Of a DNA stretch of 64,000 nucleotides, positions 17,647 to 25,580 are shown one piece after another (within the stretch, counting starts at the first letter, position 1; every line of letters starts with the position of its first letter). The DNA comes from Candidatus Woesearchaeota archaeon (GTDB taxonomy: Archaea; Nanobdellota; Nanobdellia; Pacearchaeales; GW2011-AR1). The notes beneath the pieces are model-generated. The model was given only the letters and a program-made list of their open reading frames with translations, did not search any database and was not told the DNA's origin. The stretch is from positions 24,363 to 88,362 of the forward strand of contig CAZBWB010000002.1 of the NCBI GenBank assembly GCA_964495875.1, in the 5' to 3' direction. Both the position numbers and the translations under genes were made by a program.

Positions 17647-18624
17647 TTAAATCTCATTCTTCTTAATCCACATATCCTCTCTGCTTTTTCCCAACAAAAC
17701 AACACGGCTCTCTTTTTTCTCGTCGAGAAATTTATATCCTGGGATAAATTTCAGAATCTTTTTTGAAAACTCAATAATATCATCATGAGAAGGCATTCTT
17801 TCATAACCTAATCTTTGTCGTGCAAAACCCACAGACATGAATCCTTTTATTTCAATAAACACAGGATTTGACTTTTTGATAAGTTTGGCATAATTCTCTG
17901 GCTCAATCATGTTCAAATCCCTGACTAAATTTATTCTGAAAACAGTTCTGCATTTTAGGTTTTTCATTAATTCCAGACTTTTATTCAGTTTTTTCCAAGC
18001 ATTTTTCATCACACTTCTGTGAAATCTTTCATAAAGTTCTTTGTTGGGAGTATTAACTGATATGTAAAGTTGAGTAGGCAGTTGTTTGTTCTTGGCTAAT
18101 TCTTTTATTTCTTCAGGATAAAGTCCGTTTGTGACAAGAAAACTCGTCTTTCCTCTTTTTCTCAATTCTTTGATTAATCCTCCGATATTTTTGTAAATCA
18201 TTGGCTCACCAGAAAGAGAAATTGCAAACTGCATTGGTTCCTGTGCTTCTTTCCATTTTTTCATATCTGCTTTACTCAAATTTTTTTTGTATGAGGATTT
18301 CTTAAAACCAATCAGTAGCTTTCTCTGTGCTTTAATACAACCATCGATGATATCTTTTGGAGAATCTGTTTTTCCAATTAGTTTATCTCCGATTGTTAAT
18401 TCAATTGCCCTCCAACAATGCAGACATTTATTGGAGCACCACATGACAGCAGGAGTCATCTGACAGCATAAATGTGATTTTATCCCATAGAATTTTTCTT
18501 TATAGCAAACATCTTCATTTCTTAGAGATTTCTTCGTCCAATTGCAAATTTGCACAGCAGAATGCTTTCTGACAATTGCATAATGTTGTTTCTCCAAAAC
18601 CTCCCTGACTTTTTGGGGTATCAT
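17647..18624 (-). CDS. taw1: tRNA 4-demethylwyosine synthase Taw1/TYW1 (radical SAM)
   Basis: EKQHYAIVRKHSAVQICNWTKKSL...CSNKCLHCWR radical-SAM cluster motif. Confidence 0.85.
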   Translation of the reverse strand: MIPQKVREVLEKQHYAIVRKHSAVQICNWTKKSLRNEDVCYKEKFYGIKSHLCCQMTPAVMWCSNKCLHCWRAIELTIGDKLIGKTDSPKDIIDGCIKAQRKLLIGFKKSSYKKNLSKADMKKWKEAQEPMQFAISLSGEPMIYKNIGGLIKELRKRGKTSFLVTNGLYPEEIKELAKNKQLPTQLYISVNTPNKELYERFHRSVMKNAWKKLNKSLELMKNLKCRTVFRINLVRDLNMIEPENYAKLIKKSNPVFIEIKGFMSVGFARQRLGYERMPSHDDIIEFSKKILKFIPGYKFLDEKKESRVVLLGKSREDMWIKKNEI

Positions 18625-18645
18625 AAAACTTTCAAAATAAAATGA

Positions 18646-18653
18646 ATTTTAAA
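18646..18653 (-). promoter_or_regulatory. TATA box, leaderless spacing
   Basis: Reverse-strand TTTAAAAT centred 25.5 nt upstream of ATG 18624. Confidence 0.55.
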
Positions 18654-18655
18654 CT

Positions 18656-20083
18656 TTACCTAAACCAGCTTATAAGCCAAAAAGCCATGATTACAAAAAG
18701 CAATACCAAGAAGAAATAAGTTATGAAGGAAAATGCTTTTTTGGCTTTCTTCTCACTTTTTGTTATTGCTAAAATTGTCAGGTAGAAGAATCTTCCGCCG
18801 TCGAAAATTCCAACAGGAAGCATATTGATTAATGCAATACTGAAACTGATTAAAATAATCCACCACAACAAATTATAGATAAATATTCCTGCCTCAAATT
18901 TGGATTCATAATAAACATTTGATTTTTTAAAAGAAGACAATCCAGAAACAACCCTGCCCAATACTCCAGAAGCTTTTTGATTTATAAATCCTATACCTAT
19001 ATAAGGAATATTTTCATTATCAGGATTCTCTCCAAGAATAATCAGATACTCTTTTTCTTCGTCATCACTAAGAGTAGTTATTGAAATTTCATCTCCAGGA
19101 GAATATTTCATTAATTCTTCCTCAATTTTTTCCATACTGGTTATTTTCACACCATTGAGGTGGGTTATTACGCCTTCTAAACCTGCATTTACAGCAGGCG
19201 TATTATCATATAATAAAACATATTCTTCACCGTCTTGCTGCTGTTCTAAAAAATCTTTTGTAAGAAAGAATTTCTCACCATCTGCCGTAATTTCATTAAG
19301 CCCTGTTTCGTTAATTGAACTGACTAAATTTTCATAACTCGCATTCTCTAGAGGAACTCCGTTTATTGAAGAAATAGCTGAAATAGCAACTGCAGAATAT
19401 GTATATGTATCAAAAGAAATTCCTGCAGGAACAAAAGCCAAAGAAAAGAAAAGCCACATGATTATGAAAAAGAAAATTCCTGTTAAAATATTTGCAAAAG
19501 TGCCTGCAGCAAGAACAGACATCTGTGGAAAAATCTTTTTTTCCTTCATACTTTTTTCATCCTGCTCAACAAATGCTGCCAAGAATATAGGGAGGAAAAA
19601 AGGAAAAAATCCAAAACCAGTTGATTTTATTTTAATTCCGTGTCGCTTCATGAAAATTCCATGAAAGAATTCATGCGGAATTGCAACAATAGCAATAATG
19701 AGTATCCAGTATGTAAAATAAAAAGGAGGTAAAAAATCCAGTTTGAAAACCTGGGGCAGATAAGGTATAAGCGGCATTATCGGAGGAATTTTTATAGCTC
19801 TCACAATCTCCGGATTGAGCACATAAACCCAGACAATTTTTCCAAACATATAAATAATAAAAACCATTAACAAATATCCCAAACCAATCACAACATAACT
19901 TAGAAAACTCAATGTTTTTGTGAATTTTTTCCCGATTTTATCAATAATCTTCATCCCCCAACTCGTCCGGTATAAAAGTAAGAATCCTTCTTTTTTGAGA
20001 TTTTTCCTCTTTCTGTAAAGAAAAATTCCAATAAAAATTACAAAAATTACCAATAATCCAATATCATACATCATGAATTTCAT
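18656..20083 (-). CDS. site-2 protease (M50 family) with PDZ-like insert
   Basis: HEFFHG (HExxH) and NMLPVGIFDGG (NxxPxxxxDG) motifs in hydrophobic helices. Confidence 0.8.
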   Translation of the reverse strand: MKFMMYDIGLLVIFVIFIGIFLYRKRKNLKKEGFLLLYRTSWGMKIIDKIGKKFTKTLSFLSYVVIGLGYLLMVFIIYMFGKIVWVYVLNPEIVRAIKIPPIMPLIPYLPQVFKLDFLPPFYFTYWILIIAIVAIPHEFFHGIFMKRHGIKIKSTGFGFFPFFLPIFLAAFVEQDEKSMKEKKIFPQMSVLAAGTFANILTGIFFFIIMWLFFSLAFVPAGISFDTYTYSAVAISAISSINGVPLENASYENLVSSINETGLNEITADGEKFFLTKDFLEQQQDGEEYVLLYDNTPAVNAGLEGVITHLNGVKITSMEKIEEELMKYSPGDEISITTLSDDEEKEYLIILGENPDNENIPYIGIGFINQKASGVLGRVVSGLSSFKKSNVYYESKFEAGIFIYNLLWWIILISFSIALINMLPVGIFDGGRFFYLTILAITKSEKKAKKAFSFITYFFLVLLFVIMAFWLISWFR

Positions 20084-20092
20084 TTTATACCT

Positions 20093-20254
20093 CTATTTTT
20101 TCCTCAAAGGACGAAAAGAGCTTCTGCCGCACTTTCTGCATTTTACCTTACCCCTTAAAATTTTTTGTGGTTCAGCCCTGATTTTGGAGTGGCATTTTTT
20201 GCAAACAAAAACATTCTTGAAAAGTCTGTTTGATGCTTCCTGTATTTTTGCCAT
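20093..20254 (-). CDS. rpl40e: 50S ribosomal protein L40e (eL40), 53 aa
   Basis: Below ORF-track cutoff. Reverse translation MAKIQEASNRLFKNVFVCKKCHSKIRAEPQKILRGKVKCRKCGRSSFRPLRKK has the CxxC...CxxC ribbon and LRP tail of L40e. Confidence 0.7.
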   Translation of the reverse strand: MAKIQEASNRLFKNVFVCKKCHSKIRAEPQKILRGKVKCRKCGRSSFRPLRKK

Positions 20255-20255
20255 G

Positions 20256-20462
20256 TTATTTATTGTAGGATTTATTTATTTCATTTCTACATCTTTCACG
20301 AGCATCTGCTAATACTCCATGAATTTGAACATTATCTCTATGACAAAACTTTTCTAAGGTAACAATAACATCTATGATTAACTCTCTCATCTTCTCTTTA
20401 TCTTTTTCATTTTCTAATAAACTGATTTTTTCTTTTAAATCAGCAAAAAATTTGTCTCCCAT
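20256..20462 (-). CDS. hypothetical 68-aa protein
   Basis: ORF tightly packed between aIF5A and L40e. Confidence 0.4.
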   Translation of the reverse strand: MGDKFFADLKEKISLLENEKDKEKMRELIIDVIVTLEKFCHRDNVQIHGVLADARERCRNEINKSYNK

Positions 20463-20463
20463 C

Positions 20464-20850
20464 TTATAATTTCCTCCGGATTATTCTCTGTCCTTCAACA
20501 TCCCAGTACTCAACATTGGAATTTTCAGTCAGCTCTTGTTTTATTTCGTCCGGACATGCAACCTCGATTGTTTCAAAATTTTCCAAATCCATAATACTGA
20601 CTTTATCTCCTATTGAAAGAACCTGCCCTTTTCTTTTATTTACTAATGGTACTTCAAATTTATCATGCCCTGGAACAACAAAGACTTTTTTCTGTCCTGA
20701 TATTATGCTCACTGCCTCAATTCTGACTTTGGAATGTCCGTGTTTTCCTGTCTTGCTTACATCCATTTTTTTTACAGTGCAGGGTTCACCATCAATCAAA
20801 ATATTTGCACCCACTTTTGCATCTGTGGCACTGATAATTTTCAAAACCAT
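20464..20850 (-). CDS. eif5a: translation initiation factor 5A (aIF5A)
   Basis: Hypusine loop SKTGKHGHSKVRI. Confidence 0.9.
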   Translation of the reverse strand: MVLKIISATDAKVGANILIDGEPCTVKKMDVSKTGKHGHSKVRIEAVSIISGQKKVFVVPGHDKFEVPLVNKRKGQVLSIGDKVSIMDLENFETIEVACPDEIKQELTENSNVEYWDVEGQRIIRRKL

Positions 20851-20871
20851 AAACTAAAAAGAAAAATTAGA

Positions 20872-20879
20872 TTTATAAA
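20872..20879 (-). promoter_or_regulatory. TATA box (TTTATAAA), leaderless spacing
   Basis: Centre 25.5 nt upstream of ATG 20850. Confidence 0.6.
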
Positions 20880-20957
20880 ATTACCTGCTAATGCTCGCAG
20901 ATTAAATACCAAAGCAGATTAGACAAATTTTTTAAACATATTAATTCTTCAATTTTA

Positions 20958-21605
20958 ATGCCGTTCAAGAAAAAAGATTTTATTGAAATAGAATTTACAG
21001 GAAAAATCAAGGATGGAGATGTTTTTGATTCAAATATAAAAGAAGACCTGAAAAAGCTAAATCCTGATGCTCCTGTAAAACCATTTGTTTTTTGTTTGGG
21101 TGAGGGAATGTTCTTAGAAGCAATTGACGATTTTTTAATAAATAAAAAAACTGGAAAATATGAAATCGAGTTGTCTCCTGAAAAAGCATTTGGAAAAAGA
21201 AATCCCAGTTTAATCCAGCTTATTCCGATGAAAGTTTTTATAGAGCAGAAAATAAATCCAATTCCTGGAGCGATGTTTAACTTTGACGGAAGACCAGCAA
21301 AAATACTGACAGTTTCTGGCGGCAGAGTAATTGCAGATTTTAATAATCCTTTGGCTAGCAAAACAGTTGTTTATAAAATCAATGTAAAAAGAAAAGTTGA
21401 TGATTTAAATGAAAAAATAAAGGCACTAATGGATTTCTTTTTCAGAAAAGAATTGCAATTCCAGATAAAGGACAAGAAAATAATATTTCAGGTTGAAAAA
21501 TCCATGAGCGATTATGCCAAAATATTCAAGGATAAATTTAAAGAGATTCTTGGGCTTGAATTGGAGATTCAGGAGACTGATAATTCACCTAAAAAATCAC
21601 AATAA
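20958..21605 (+). CDS. FKBP-type peptidyl-prolyl isomerase (SlyD-like, with IF insert)
   Basis: IEFTGKIKDGDVFDSN... and GGRVIADFNNPLASKTVVYKINV (DFNHPLAGK-like). Confidence 0.8.
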   Translation: MPFKKKDFIEIEFTGKIKDGDVFDSNIKEDLKKLNPDAPVKPFVFCLGEGMFLEAIDDFLINKKTGKYEIELSPEKAFGKRNPSLIQLIPMKVFIEQKINPIPGAMFNFDGRPAKILTVSGGRVIADFNNPLASKTVVYKINVKRKVDDLNEKIKALMDFFFRKELQFQIKDKKIIFQVEKSMSDYAKIFKDKFKEILGLELEIQETDNSPKKSQ

Positions 21606-21607
21606 TT

Positions 21608-21615
21608 CTTATAAA
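21608..21615 (+). promoter_or_regulatory. TATA box (CTTATAAA), leaderless spacing
   Basis: Centre 25.5 nt upstream of ATG 21637; supports the trimmed FtsZ start. Confidence 0.55.
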
Positions 21616-21636
21616 GAGATATTAATTATTTTATTA

Positions 21637-22743
21637 ATGGAAGATATTTACAATCCTATAGGACCTTCTAATGACATATCGTTGAGTTCTTCAGTGCAGG
21701 AAATTGACAGGGAACTCGAGGAGCTTTTGAAAAAACAATCCGCTAAAATTAAGGTTGTTGGTGTTGGAGGTGGTGGCGGAAATTCCCTGAGCAGAATGAG
21801 GGAAATAGGCATTAAAGGAGGAGAGCTCATTGCTGTAAATACTGATGCCCAGGATTTATTATATACCAATGCTGACCAGAAAATACTAATCGGAAAAGAG
21901 CTGACACAGGGATTAGGGGCAGGAAGCAATCCAAGAACAGGAGAAGAAGCTGCTAAAGAATCTGAATCAGAAATAAAAAAGAAAATTGCCGGAAGTGATA
22001 TGGTTTTTATTACCTGCGGTTTGGGCGGAGGAACAGGAACAGGGGGAGCTCCTGTTATAGCAGGGCTGGCAAAAAAACAGGGCTCTTTGGTTATCGGAGT
22101 CGTAACCCTGCCATTTACAATTGAAGGAAGAAAAAGAATAGAGAATGCTATGGATGGCTTGGAAAGAATGGAATCTATCGTTGACACATTGATTGTAATT
22201 CCAAATGATAAACTTCTTGAGTTAGCTCCTGAATTGCCGTTGCATACAGCATTTAAAATTGCAGATGAAATACTGACAAATGCGGTGAAAGGAGTGACAG
22301 AGCTCGTAACAACTTCTGGCTTGGTTAATCTTGATTTTGCAGACATAAAAACAGTTATGGTTAATGGAGGTGTTTCTTTGATTGGCATGGGAGAATCAGA
22401 TACTGCTCAAAGAGCAATAGAAGCAGTTGAAAAAGCAATACAAAATCCTCTTTTGGATGTTGATATTTCAGATGCTGGCGGAGCACTGATAAATATTATT
22501 GGCGGTTCTGATATGAGTTTAGAAGAATGTAAGCAGATTGTAGAGACTGTTGCAAATAAATTAAACTCTGATGCAAAACTAATCTGGGGAGCCCAGATTT
22601 CAGAAGACATGGAAAAGTCAATAAGAGTTTTACTTATAGTTACTGGAGTTAAGAGTTCTCAGATTCTCGGAAGAGAAGAGACTTTGGAAGACATAAAACA
22701 CCAGGAAATTGAAGAAGAATTAGGAATAGAATTTTTTGAGTGA
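21637..22743 (+). CDS. ftsZ: cell division GTPase FtsZ
   Basis: GVGGGGGNSLSRM and GLGGGTGTGGAPVIA tubulin signature. Confidence 0.92.
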   Translation: MEDIYNPIGPSNDISLSSSVQEIDRELEELLKKQSAKIKVVGVGGGGGNSLSRMREIGIKGGELIAVNTDAQDLLYTNADQKILIGKELTQGLGAGSNPRTGEEAAKESESEIKKKIAGSDMVFITCGLGGGTGTGGAPVIAGLAKKQGSLVIGVVTLPFTIEGRKRIENAMDGLERMESIVDTLIVIPNDKLLELAPELPLHTAFKIADEILTNAVKGVTELVTTSGLVNLDFADIKTVMVNGGVSLIGMGESDTAQRAIEAVEKAIQNPLLDVDISDAGGALINIIGGSDMSLEECKQIVETVANKLNSDAKLIWGAQISEDMEKSIRVLLIVTGVKSSQILGREETLEDIKHQEIEEELGIEFFE

Positions 22744-22747
22744 TAAA

Positions 22748-23035
22748 ATGAACAAAGAAAGAAAATATTCTTTAAGAGAGATTAAAGAGATAATTAGAAT
22801 TGATAGAGATGGAATCATAATTCGTGGCTTGGAAAGGGAAAGTCAGAAGATTGCTTATAAAAGATTGATTAAAAACATAAATGAAATGCAAAAATATCCA
22901 GAAGTTTTTAGAGTTGATGAAAGAGGAGGTCTTTATTCTTTATTAAATAGGATAAAAAAGAGAATAGATAACGAGGAAGATAAGAAAGAAATCCAAGAAG
23001 AGAGAAAAGAATTTGAAGAGTTATTTAATCTTTAA
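22748..23035 (+). CDS. hypothetical 95-aa protein directly downstream of ftsZ
   Basis: ATG 5 nt after the ftsZ stop; K/E-rich. Confidence 0.4.
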   Translation: MNKERKYSLREIKEIIRIDRDGIIIRGLERESQKIAYKRLIKNINEMQKYPEVFRVDERGGLYSLLNRIKKRIDNEEDKKEIQEERKEFEELFNL

Positions 23036-23071
23036 GAATAATTTTAAAAACTCCTTCTTTTTAATTAAATC

Positions 23072-23260
23072 ATGAATTTAAAAGCATTTCCCGGAAAGAT
23101 AAAATCTTTTGTAATTAAATGCAAAAGAGTCTGGCTTATCTTGAAAAAGCCGACAAAAGAAGAATTTATAAAAGTCACAAAAGTTGCTGCAGTTGGAATT
23201 ATAATTCTCGGATTCATTGGTTTTGCAATTTCATTACTTATGAAAATTTTTGTTAAGTAA
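23072..23260 (+). CDS. secE: protein translocase subunit SecE (Sec61-gamma)
   Basis: 62 aa, KKPTKEEFIKVTKVAAVGIIILGFIGF single C-terminal TM; precedes spt5. Confidence 0.8.
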   Translation: MNLKAFPGKIKSFVIKCKRVWLILKKPTKEEFIKVTKVAAVGIIILGFIGFAISLLMKIFVK

Positions 23261-23388
23261 GATTTATAAACTCCCTTTTTTACTTAAATATATCTTTCTA
23301 AGATATTATGTCTTAGATGGAGCTGAATGAATACGCGATTTTCATCAGAGGCAATTAAAAAAATCGTCCATCAGCATCGAGAGGGAAA

Positions 23389-23841
23389 ATGATTTTCATA
23401 ATAAAAGTCACGACAAACAAAGAAGAGAAAGCAGTTGATATGATAGCTGAAAGAGCAGAGAAAAAAAGTCTCAATATTTTTTCAGTTTCCCGTCCGCATG
23501 GGCTTAGAGGATACATTCTTTTGGAAGCAGAAGACAGGGAAAGTGCAGAAGAAGTGGCATACAATCTTCCTTATGTAAAAGGAATAATCGGCAAGACGAT
23601 AACTTATGAAGAAATAAAAAATATGATTGAACCATCAATTGAAAAAATTTCAATAAAAGAAGGAGATATAATTGAAATGATTGCAGAACCTTTCAAAAAA
23701 GAAAAAGCAAAAGTTTTAAGAATAGACAAACAAAAAGGGGAAGTAGTGGTAAGTTTGTTAGGAGCAGTTGTTCCCTTGCCTGTAACAGTTAAAATTGATA
23801 ATGTTAAAGTTGTAAGACGTGAGGAGGAAGAAAATGAATAA
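23389..23841 (+). CDS. spt5: transcription elongation factor Spt5 (NusG)
   Basis: NGN domain (IFIIKVTTNKEEKAV...GYILLEAE) plus KOW (KEGDIIEMIAEPFKKEKAKV). Confidence 0.88.
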   Translation: MIFIIKVTTNKEEKAVDMIAERAEKKSLNIFSVSRPHGLRGYILLEAEDRESAEEVAYNLPYVKGIIGKTITYEEIKNMIEPSIEKISIKEGDIIEMIAEPFKKEKAKVLRIDKQKGEVVVSLLGAVVPLPVTVKIDNVKVVRREEEENE

Positions 23842-24049
23842 ATTAATCAACTATATTAATGAGAAAAAACTAATCAGAATTAATAGAAAAATAGAAAATC
23901 TTGAAGAACAATTAATGTACTTGGTGGTAGAAGTATTGCCTTCTACAGGCAAATTTGATAATGAAGAAAGTGGAAGATTAACACCAAAATTATTAAATCT
24001 TTATTATAAAAGAAGGAAAATCCTAAAAAATGTTGAGGCATTAACATAA
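23834..24049 (+). CDS. hypothetical 71-aa protein between spt5 and rpl11
   Basis: ATG overlaps the spt5 stop; ends 1 nt before the L11 ATG. Confidence 0.4.
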   Translation: MNKLINYINEKKLIRINRKIENLEEQLMYLVVEVLPSTGKFDNEESGRLTPKLLNLYYKRRKILKNVEALT

Positions 24050-24050
24050 A

Positions 24051-24731
24051 ATGCAAGTTAAACTTTTGATTGAAGGCGGAGCAATGCAGCCAGGACCTGC
24101 TTTAAGCCAGAAGATTGGTCCTTTAGGTCTGAACATGGGTCAAATAATTTCAAAAGTCAATGATGCTACAAAAGATTTCAAAGGACTTAAGGTTCCGGTT
24201 GAGTTGGACATTGACCCAGGAACAAAAGAATTCAATGTTAATGTTTTTTCACCGCCTGTTTCAGAACTTTTAAAAAAAGAATTAGGAATAGAAAAAGGTT
24301 CAGGAATCCAGTCAAGAATGCAGGTGGCAAATGCTTCAATTGAGCAGATAATTTCTATAGCAAAAACAAAACTTCCAAACATGCTTTGCAATGATTTAAA
24401 ATTAGCTATTAAAACTATTGTCGGGACTTGCGGCAGTCTGGGAATTTTAATAGAAAATAAACCAGCGTCAGATGTTGAAAAATTAATTGATGCAGGAAAA
24501 TATGACAAGGAAATCCAGGAAGAAAGAACAGAAACATTCCAGGAAAAGAAAGAAAAACTTGATAGATATTTTACTGAACTTCATACTAAGCAGGAAAAGG
24601 CTATAGAACAGGAAGAAGCAGAGAAAGAAGCTGCTGAAGCAGCTGAGGAAGGCGGAGAAACTGCAGAGAAAGAATCCAAGGAAGAACAGGAAGAACAAAA
24701 AGCTCCAGAGCCAGAATCTGAAAAGAAATAA
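24051..24731 (+). CDS. rpl11: 50S ribosomal protein L11 (uL11) with ~65-aa acidic C-terminal extension
   Basis: VKLLIEGGAMQPGPALSQKIGPLGLNMGQI... is L11; tail EEAEKEAAEAAEEGGETAEKESKEEQEEQK. Confidence 0.9.
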   Translation: MQVKLLIEGGAMQPGPALSQKIGPLGLNMGQIISKVNDATKDFKGLKVPVELDIDPGTKEFNVNVFSPPVSELLKKELGIEKGSGIQSRMQVANASIEQIISIAKTKLPNMLCNDLKLAIKTIVGTCGSLGILIENKPASDVEKLIDAGKYDKEIQEERTETFQEKKEKLDRYFTELHTKQEKAIEQEEAEKEAAEAAEEGGETAEKESKEEQEEQKAPEPESEKK

Positions 24732-24739
24732 TTTATAAA
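24732..24739 (+). promoter_or_regulatory. TATA box (TTTATAAA), leaderless spacing
   Basis: Centre 25.5 nt upstream of ATG 24761. Confidence 0.6.
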
Positions 24740-24760
24740 TTTGGGTCTGTTTAGTAGTTA

Positions 24761-25423
24761 ATGAAAAAAGATTTAGATTTGGTGAGAATAATAACTTATT
24801 TATTTTTTGATGGACATTTATATAAAGATTTAAGCTGTTTTTATTTTTCATCGAAAGATGATCAAATTCTAAAAGAACTTGATAAAATTGTTCAAAGAAA
24901 ATTTGGAATTAAAGGAAGATTCTATTATAATGATGGGGGAGCAGGAAGGATAAAGACGCATAAGTATAGAGTATTTAATAAAAAAATCTGTACAGAATTA
25001 AATAATCTTGGAGTGCCAAAAGGTTCGAAAACAATTACAGAATTCACAATTCCAAAGTGGATTATTAAAAACAAAAAATTTGCTAAAGAATTTATAAAAA
25101 TAGCATATTTTTGTGAAGGTTCGATGAAAGAAAATAGAAAAAATCCTAGAATAAAACTTAATATAAATAAGGCGCAACAATTGTTGAAGAATGGATTATT
25201 ATTTATGGAGTCTATTAGAAATATTCTAAAGAAGAATGATATAGAAACCACTAATATAGGAATCTATAATGCTAAAATTAGATCCGATGGTGTTAAAGTT
25301 AAAGAATTAAGATTTAGAGTTATCACTAAGCATAACAATAAGTTTATAAATAAATTTACACCATTTTTTAAATACGGGGCTGATAAGTTACCTCTTGTAT
25401 GGGATTCAAAGGAGCGACAATAG
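24761..25423 (+). CDS. free-standing double-motif LAGLIDADG-type homing endonuclease-like protein
   Basis: Motif 1 IITYLFFDGHL and motif 2 IKIAYFCEGSM about 100 aa apart, 220 aa total (I-DmoI-like architecture with D/E catalytic pair). Confidence 0.6.
   Translation: MKKDLDLVRIITYLFFDGHLYKDLSCFYFSSKDDQILKELDKIVQRKFGIKGRFYYNDGGAGRIKTHKYRVFNKKICTELNNLGVPKGSKTITEFTIPKWIIKNKKFAKEFIKIAYFCEGSMKENRKNPRIKLNINKAQQLLKNGLLFMESIRNILKKNDIETTNIGIYNAKIRSDGVKVKELRFRVITKHNNKFINKFTPFFKYGADKLPLVWDSKERQ
25343..25350 (+). promoter_or_regulatory. TATA box (TTTATAAA) for tRNA-Pro, inside the LAGLIDADG ORF
   Basis: Centre 29.5 nt upstream of the proposed tRNA +1 (25376). Confidence 0.5.
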
Positions 25424-25562
25424 TTCCTTGAGCATAAAGCTGTGGGGTAGCTTGGTAGCCTTTCAGGTTTGGGTGAGGATTAGCTCGAGACGAGTAGAAA
25501 TACAAATCCCGAGAGATCTTCCAAATCACCTGACGACCCCGGTTCAAATCCGGGCAGCCCCA
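25376..25562 (+). tRNA. tRNA-Pro (anticodon UGG) with two introns: exons 25376-25382, 25443-25473, 25528-25562
   Basis: Spliced product GGGGCTG-TG-GGGT-AGCTTGGTA-GCCT-T-TCAGG-TTTGGGA-CCTGA-CGAC-CCCGG-TTCAAAT-CCGGG-CAGCCCC-A (73 nt) is a canonical archaeal tRNA-Pro. Intron 2 (25474-25527, 54 nt, position 37/38) folds into a full bulge-helix-bulge. Intron 1 (25383-25442, 60 nt) is inferred from the displaced 5' acceptor strand. Confidence 0.75.
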
Positions 25563-25580
25563 TTTAGGAAGTCATGCAAA

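Noticed and set aside
21648-22388. 246-aa minus-strand ORF antisense to ftsZ, and similar long antisense ORFs at 16285..16851, 20888..21361, 24483..24851, 48359..48994, 62930..63617 and 12612..12989
   Set aside because: Each lies opposite a confidently identified gene. They have low-complexity Ser/Pro/Phe-rich products and no start context. They are shadow frames.
23290-23370. Possible C/D-box sRNA or riboswitch in the ~97-nt spt5 leader (hairpin TCTAAGA-N7-TCTTAGA at 23297-23317, GATGGAGCTGA, two CATCAG copies)
   Set aside because: The box-like elements are degenerate and wrongly spaced. I keep only the observation that spt5 has a real leader, unlike most genes here.
25445-25562. Alternative single-intron model of tRNA-Pro using GGGGTAG (25444-25450) as the 5' acceptor strand
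   Set aside because: It leaves an A-A mismatch in the acceptor stem and only ~12 nt for positions 8-26, so no D arm can form. The two-intron model gives a perfect 73-nt tRNA.
25395-25580. N-terminal 62 codons of ORF 25395..25799
   Set aside because: This is read-through of tRNA-Pro exons and introns. L37Ae homology begins at ATG 25581.
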